DNA from: a virus
Taxonomy: Duplodnaviria; Caudoviricetes
IMG/VR virus record: IMGVR_UViG_3300021411_000008
Coordinates: 1 to 51,535 of that record
DNA length: 51,535 nucleotides
Reading direction: 5' to 3' (one strand)
The notes beneath the pieces are model-generated. The model worked only from the letters and a program-made list of their open reading frames with translations, had not been told where the DNA came from and did no database searches. The translations under genes and the position numbers were made by a program. Numbering within the stretch: the stretch's first letter is position 1; each line of letters begins with the position of its first letter. This document shows positions 46,856-51,535 of the stretch, one piece after another.

Positions 46856-46892
46856 TATAGCCTTAAATAAAGTGTGGCATATAGGAGAACTC

Positions 46893-48227
46893 ATGAACAA
46901 ACTTGCAGCTCACGTATCCCGTTTTATCAATCTCGCGGCGGTTAACATTCCCCCACGTCAGCGCCGCGAAATGTCAGAGGAAGGTCTTGAGCACCTGAAA
47001 GCTTCCATCGTTCAAGACGGCCTCTTTCACGCGCCCGTGCTCCGACGTGATGCTGATGGCAATCACTTCCTCGTAGCAGGTGAACGTCGCCTCCGAGCAA
47101 TGAAGGCTTTACACGATGATCGAACTCCTTTCTATTATAATCGCGAGCTTGTACCTGAGCATTGCATCCCATTTACAGACACGGACTCGCCGGATGAAAT
47201 TGCTACGCTCACTAAAGAGCTCAACGAAAATCTTATGCGAGAAGAACTTAGCTGGCAAGACCGGGTTAGAGCTCTCTCGGATATATCGAAGCTTCGATCG
47301 GCGGTAAATCCCAAGCTCTCTCACGGCGACGTGGCGAAAGAGATCGTAGACAAAACAAACTCCCGTCTTATGGCGGGCACCGTCGCGCAGGAAATCTCCC
47401 GCGCGCTACTCACAGCGGAGTTTCTAGATGACCCGGATGTCAAAAAGGCGAAGAGCGAAACGTTTGCGTTCAACATGGCAACCCGCAAGCTCCGCGACGA
47501 GTTTGCGGCCCAGCTATCGGCCTCCTCTAAGTCGGTTCATACGTTCATCCATGGGGACAGCACTAATATTATTCTTGATCTTCTGGATCGCTTCGATTGT
47601 TTTATCATTGATCCTCCCTATGGAGTCAACGCTCAGACCTTTCATCCCGGCAATTCACCAGCTGAACATGTTCACGAATACCTAGACACACCGGAAGCGG
47701 CCGTGCTATTCTGCAAGGAGATGCTCTGGAAGTGTAAAGAAGTAGCAACCGATGAGGCACACCTATGGATGTTCTGCGACGTGGAGTTGTTTATTCAACT
47801 ACGGGACTATGCCCGGAATCTGGGTTGGACAGTCTTTCGTACACCGTTAATATGGAACAAAGGCTCGACTGGATATATCCTCCGACAGGCAAACATCCGG
47901 CGGGGGTACGAACTCCTTATGTTTATGCAACGGTCCGAGAGTCGTGGACTGTCACAAGTGTTGCAAGATGTTATTACGGTCTCAAGTCGGGATGGAGAGA
48001 AAGTCCATGCAGCCCAGAAACCTGTAGCACTTTACGAACTGCTTTTGAAACTCTCGACTTCAGGGATAGTAAACCCGAAGGTGCTCGATCCTTGCTGCGG
48101 GAGTGGCACAATCTTCCATGCGGCGCAGACGCTCAAAATTTCTGCGACTGGTATCGAGCTAGACCCCAACTTCGCAAAGCAATGTCAAAGTACTCTAATC
48201 GAGCTTGAGGTCAAAGATGCCGATTAA
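46893..48227 (+). CDS. ParB-like N-terminal domain fused to a beta-class N6A/N4C DNA methyltransferase
   Basis: LVAGERRLRA and ENLMRE (ParB/Srx), then IIDPPYG (motif IV), H.AQKPV.L and VLDPCCGSG (motif I). Confidence 0.88.
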   Translation: MNKLAAHVSRFINLAAVNIPPRQRREMSEEGLEHLKASIVQDGLFHAPVLRRDADGNHFLVAGERRLRAMKALHDDRTPFYYNRELVPEHCIPFTDTDSPDEIATLTKELNENLMREELSWQDRVRALSDISKLRSAVNPKLSHGDVAKEIVDKTNSRLMAGTVAQEISRALLTAEFLDDPDVKKAKSETFAFNMATRKLRDEFAAQLSASSKSVHTFIHGDSTNIILDLLDRFDCFIIDPPYGVNAQTFHPGNSPAEHVHEYLDTPEAAVLFCKEMLWKCKEVATDEAHLWMFCDVELFIQLRDYARNLGWTVFRTPLIWNKGSTGYILRQANIRRGYELLMFMQRSESRGLSQVLQDVITVSSRDGEKVHAAQKPVALYELLLKLSTSGIVNPKVLDPCCGSGTIFHAAQTLKISATGIELDPNFAKQCQSTLIELEVKDAD

Positions 48228-50895
48228 CGGTTACGATGCGTGGAATGCGCCGGTCATAGCACCGAAGGAATTTACGGCTAACGTGTGGGCTGGCACTAAA
48301 GGCTCACGCACGTCGAAAATTATGATCGTGGGTGAAAGCTGGGGCCGGACCGAGAAGAAGATGAGTACCTGCTTCGTCGGTGAAAGCGGTGATGAACTCA
48401 ACGCGCTCCTAGGTGAAGCCCGTATTCCCATTAACGAATGCTTTTTCACCAATGTCATCCACGAGCAGCCTGAGAACAATGATATGTCTCAGTTCTTCTA
48501 CACGACTGCGGAAGCCAAAGAAGGCAAGATGCTTTCGACTCGCGGTCTGTATCCACACCCCAACGTGCTCCGTGGTATTGAAAACTTAAAGGTCCAAATC
48601 GATGCGATTAACCCCGACCTCATTATCGGACTGGGTAATTATACCTTATGGGCTCTTACTCATGATAGTTTCGGTATTGGTAATCTCGCTGGTCGTAAGG
48701 TCCCCACCGGAATCATGCTCTGGCGTGGTAGTCAACTTTATACTACCGAGTACTTCGGGCGACGAAAATTCCTTCCCACCTATCACCCCGCCGCAGCTAT
48801 ACGGACCCATCCGTGGCGGTATATGATAAAGCACGACTTCAGTGCTCGTGTACCATTAGCATTCGAACCCGATCGATGGGAGGAACCTAAATATGACTTT
48901 ATTATCCGTCCGACAATTGACCAAGTCCTTGGTAAGCTCGAAGGTTTTCTGGCTGATCTTGAACGCGGAGAACTCGAACTGTCCCTCGACTTGGAAACAC
49001 ATGCAGGACTCATTGCTTGCTGCGGACTTGCGTGGTCTACGCGAGCCGCTATCTGCATACCCTTCATTACGGAAGCAGGAGACAACCCCGATCTCTCTTT
49101 CCGAAGTTATTGGATGGCACACGAAGAATTCGAAATTATGGTACGCCTTAGACGAATCCTCCTCCATCCCAATCTCCGCTTGGTCGGCCAGAATCTCCTT
49201 TACGACGTCCAGTACATCGTAAATCAGTTCTTCTGTCTACCCCATGTCTTCGCTGACACTATGCTTATTCACCACACCGTCTGGCCCGGAGGAGGCGATC
49301 CGAATGATCCGGATAACAAGAAGACTCAGATGCAGGGTATTCAAAAGAAGGCCCTCTATAATCTATCTTCGCTCTATTGCGATCATCACATTTTCTGGAA
49401 AGACGAAGGCAAAAATTGGCGTGCGAATAAACAGAGTGAAGATATTTGGTGGAATTATAACTGCAAAGACGCTGTTAAAACCCTCGAAGTCTATCAAGAG
49501 CTCCTCCCACTCGTAACCTCGTTTGAGCTGACTGAACAGGTCGAGACTCAGATGGCAGTGTTCAACGACATGTGTATGCCTATGATGATGCGCGGGATAC
49601 TCACTGATCCTGCTGCACGTAAAATCGTAAGCGACCAGCTCGCAGCTGACATCGCCACCCTCGACGCACGTCTTGCGCCTATCGTCCCTGAGAGCATTCT
49701 CCCTCGCAAGAAAGGTTCCTCACCTTGGTACACCTCTCCGGCGAAACAAAAGATTCTCTTCTACGAAATCTGTGGCGTCCAGCCTGTTCGCAAACAAGGT
49801 GGCGGCGCTGAGACCGTTAACAAAGAAGCCCTACCTGTCATCGCTCAGCGCGAACCTATCCTCGCTCCTGTGATCACAATGCTCGAGCGCCGACGCAGTA
49901 TGAAAGTTTACCATTCCACATTCGCTAAGATGGAGACCGACGATGACGATCGAATGCGATGTTCATATAACCCTACGGGAACCGACACCTTCCGATTCTC
50001 ATCGAGTGAAAATGTGGAAGGACGTGGGGGAAATCTGCAGAACATTCCCAGCGATAAGGAAGATGACAATTACGACTACCCCAACATGCGCAACGCTTTC
50101 GTTTGTGATCCCGGTTACGAACTTGGCGAGTTTGATCTTGGCGGAGCGGACGCTCAAGTCGTTGCGTGGGAAGCTAAAGACGAAGACCTTAAAGCAGCAT
50201 TCCGCGCTGGACTCAAACTCCATATCAAAAATTGCCGAGATTTATACCCCGAACGCACGAAGGATATGACCGATGAAGAACTCAAAGCTCTTGACCACGC
50301 CGGGGGGCTTTATCATAACGCTAAGCGTCGAGTGCACGGAACCAATTACGGAGGACAGCCTAAAGCTTTTGTTGCAAAACTTAGAACATCTCTTGCTGAA
50401 GAAGAAGAATTTCACGAGCGATGGTTCCACCTGCATCCGGGTATCAAGGAGTGGCATAATAGAACAAATCGCCAATTGGCAGGAATTCAGTGCTGGCGGT
50501 GTAACAAAATGCACGGAGGGGAACGTATATGCCCGGATTGCGGAGCGGTATCTGGGCGAACCGTCGGTAATAAATTCGGTTACCGCATTGTCTACTTCGA
50601 TCGACCTCACGAACTCTTTACTAAAGCGCTCGCTTGGAAGCCGCAAAGCACAGTCGCAATCAATACTAACAAGGGAGCTTTAGCCATACGAAAGCATTGT
50701 CCTTGGGTAGAACTACTCCTGCAAGTCCACGACTCGCTTATATGCCAATGGCCAAAGCGCTTCCATGACAGAATACCTGAGATCAAACAAGCGCTCCATA
50801 CTGTTGTCGTTCCATACGATGACCCACTAACTATTCCGTGGGGATTAAAACTCTCCACAACTTCGTGGGGAGCAGCTGAACCGCAGAAATGGTAA
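48217..50895 (+). CDS. Family A DNA polymerase with an N-terminal UDG family-4-like domain and a 3'-5' exonuclease
   Basis: IVGESWG..E...FVGESG, FTNV and TYHPAAAIR (UDG); DLET, NLLYD and YNCKD (Exo I-III); polymerase motifs A, B and C. Confidence 0.93.
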   Translation: MPINGYDAWNAPVIAPKEFTANVWAGTKGSRTSKIMIVGESWGRTEKKMSTCFVGESGDELNALLGEARIPINECFFTNVIHEQPENNDMSQFFYTTAEAKEGKMLSTRGLYPHPNVLRGIENLKVQIDAINPDLIIGLGNYTLWALTHDSFGIGNLAGRKVPTGIMLWRGSQLYTTEYFGRRKFLPTYHPAAAIRTHPWRYMIKHDFSARVPLAFEPDRWEEPKYDFIIRPTIDQVLGKLEGFLADLERGELELSLDLETHAGLIACCGLAWSTRAAICIPFITEAGDNPDLSFRSYWMAHEEFEIMVRLRRILLHPNLRLVGQNLLYDVQYIVNQFFCLPHVFADTMLIHHTVWPGGGDPNDPDNKKTQMQGIQKKALYNLSSLYCDHHIFWKDEGKNWRANKQSEDIWWNYNCKDAVKTLEVYQELLPLVTSFELTEQVETQMAVFNDMCMPMMMRGILTDPAARKIVSDQLAADIATLDARLAPIVPESILPRKKGSSPWYTSPAKQKILFYEICGVQPVRKQGGGAETVNKEALPVIAQREPILAPVITMLERRRSMKVYHSTFAKMETDDDDRMRCSYNPTGTDTFRFSSSENVEGRGGNLQNIPSDKEDDNYDYPNMRNAFVCDPGYELGEFDLGGADAQVVAWEAKDEDLKAAFRAGLKLHIKNCRDLYPERTKDMTDEELKALDHAGGLYHNAKRRVHGTNYGGQPKAFVAKLRTSLAEEEEFHERWFHLHPGIKEWHNRTNRQLAGIQCWRCNKMHGGERICPDCGAVSGRTVGNKFGYRIVYFDRPHELFTKALAWKPQSTVAINTNKGALAIRKHCPWVELLLQVHDSLICQWPKRFHDRIPEIKQALHTVVVPYDDPLTIPWGLKLSTTSWGAAEPQKW

Positions 50896-50899
50896 ACCA

Positions 50900-50925
50900 C
50901 ACACTTAACCACATAATTAAGTGTG
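50900..50925. promoter_or_regulatory. Palindromic operator-like site (N8 spacer allele)
   Basis: CACACTTAA-CCACATAA-TTAAGTGTG. Confidence 0.7.
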
Positions 50926-50943
50926 TCAACTAGGGAGACTCCA

Positions 50944-51369
50944 ATGTCTTTTATTTACGTAGCATCGCCTTACTCACATGATGATCGAACTATTGTTAAC
51001 GCTCGTCACCATTTAGTATTACATTACACTACTCAACTCTTTCAGCACAAAAAGCTAGCTTTCTCTCCTATTGTGCATTGTCATCCTATTGCCCAACATG
51101 GCGCTCTGCCCGGCGATTTCCAATTCTGGGAACAGTACAACCGCGCAATGATCGGAAGCTGTGACATGATGCATGTGCTCGAACTCCCCGGCTGGGAAAT
51201 GTCGAAGGGAGTAACATCCGAAATCAAAATAGCCAAATTCGATTATATTCCGATCGAGCATATCACTTATAAAGACTTGTCAAACTTCATCCAAAAGCCA
51301 GAAGAAGGCGATGAGGAAAAGTGGCCAACGTGGGAAGCATATAAGTTACTGGCGGGTACTACCGAGTAA
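50944..51369 (+). CDS. DUF1937 / deoxyribosyltransferase-like protein (second allele)
   Basis: Near-identical to 1579..2004. Confidence 0.75.
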   Translation: MSFIYVASPYSHDDRTIVNARHHLVLHYTTQLFQHKKLAFSPIVHCHPIAQHGALPGDFQFWEQYNRAMIGSCDMMHVLELPGWEMSKGVTSEIKIAKFDYIPIEHITYKDLSNFIQKPEEGDEEKWPTWEAYKLLAGTTE

Positions 51370-51374
51370 CCTTT

Positions 51375-51535
51375 ATGCCCCGTAAGCTCGAGAACTGGCT
51401 AACAGCATACGCCAATTACACGAGTGCTAGCGAAGCCCCGGAGATGTTTAATTTCTGGAGCGGCGTTAGCGCTATCGCTGGGACTATGCAGAAAAAAACC
51501 TGCATCGATCAAGTGAGGTTCAGATGGACTCCCAA
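51375..51535 (+). CDS. DUF3987-like helicase, 5' fragment (second allele, runs off the window)
   Basis: MPRKLENWLTAYANYTSASEAPEMFNFWSG matches 2010..3278. Confidence 0.75.
   Translation, partial: MPRKLENWLTAYANYTSASEAPEMFNFWSGVSAIAGTMQKKTCIDQVRFRWTP

Larger units (their letters stand above)
49365..51535. repeat. Right copy of the diverged terminal direct repeat
   Basis: Colinear with 1-2170. Confidence 0.97.

Noticed and set aside
46893-47400. ParB domain as evidence of a plasmid-prophage partition system
   Set aside because: No ParA or recognisable parS/replication initiator; the domain is fused to a methyltransferase.

Overview
The window is essentially one complete, circularly permuted tailed-phage genome of about 49.4 kb per unit, with podovirus-like gene content. 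A ~2.17 kb overlap at the ends (1-2170 vs 49365-51535) is not identical: it holds two diverged alleles of the same DNA polymerase region. Two transcription arms diverge at ~29.5-30.3 kb and converge at ~3.26 kb. The minus-strand arm (29448 to 3250) encodes TerS, a nuclease, TerL, portal, scaffold, major capsid, adaptor, tail fibres, lysis genes, tail nozzle and ejection proteins. The plus-strand arm (30480 round to 3278) encodes many small early genes, an RHH-like regulator, a PD-(D/E)XK nuclease, a Sak4-like ATPase, a putative SSB, a RecD/Dda-like helicase, a ParB-methyltransferase fusion, a UDG-exonuclease-PolA fusion, a DUF1937-like protein and a DUF3987-like helicase. I recognise no integrase, RNA polymerase, primase, tRNA or CRISPR array. 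An alphaproteobacterial host is inferred from the TTAA-N7-TTAA boxes and the protein families. The most notable features are: (i) a ~41-bp stem, with G-T wobbles that pair only on the + strand, enclosing a ~150-nt poly(T) tract at the divergence point; (ii) a PolA with a non-canonical steric gate (Glu to Asp), altered motif B and a Zn-finger insertion, in a genome lacking a recognisable primase; (iii) five intergenic CACACTTAA-N7/8-TTAAGTGTG palindromes with a CtrA-box core; (iv) a Q-x-L-S-D-L-(F) C-terminal motif shared by unrelated small early proteins; (v) a secreted collagen/His-rich protein. All family assignments come from motif recognition by eye, not database searches.
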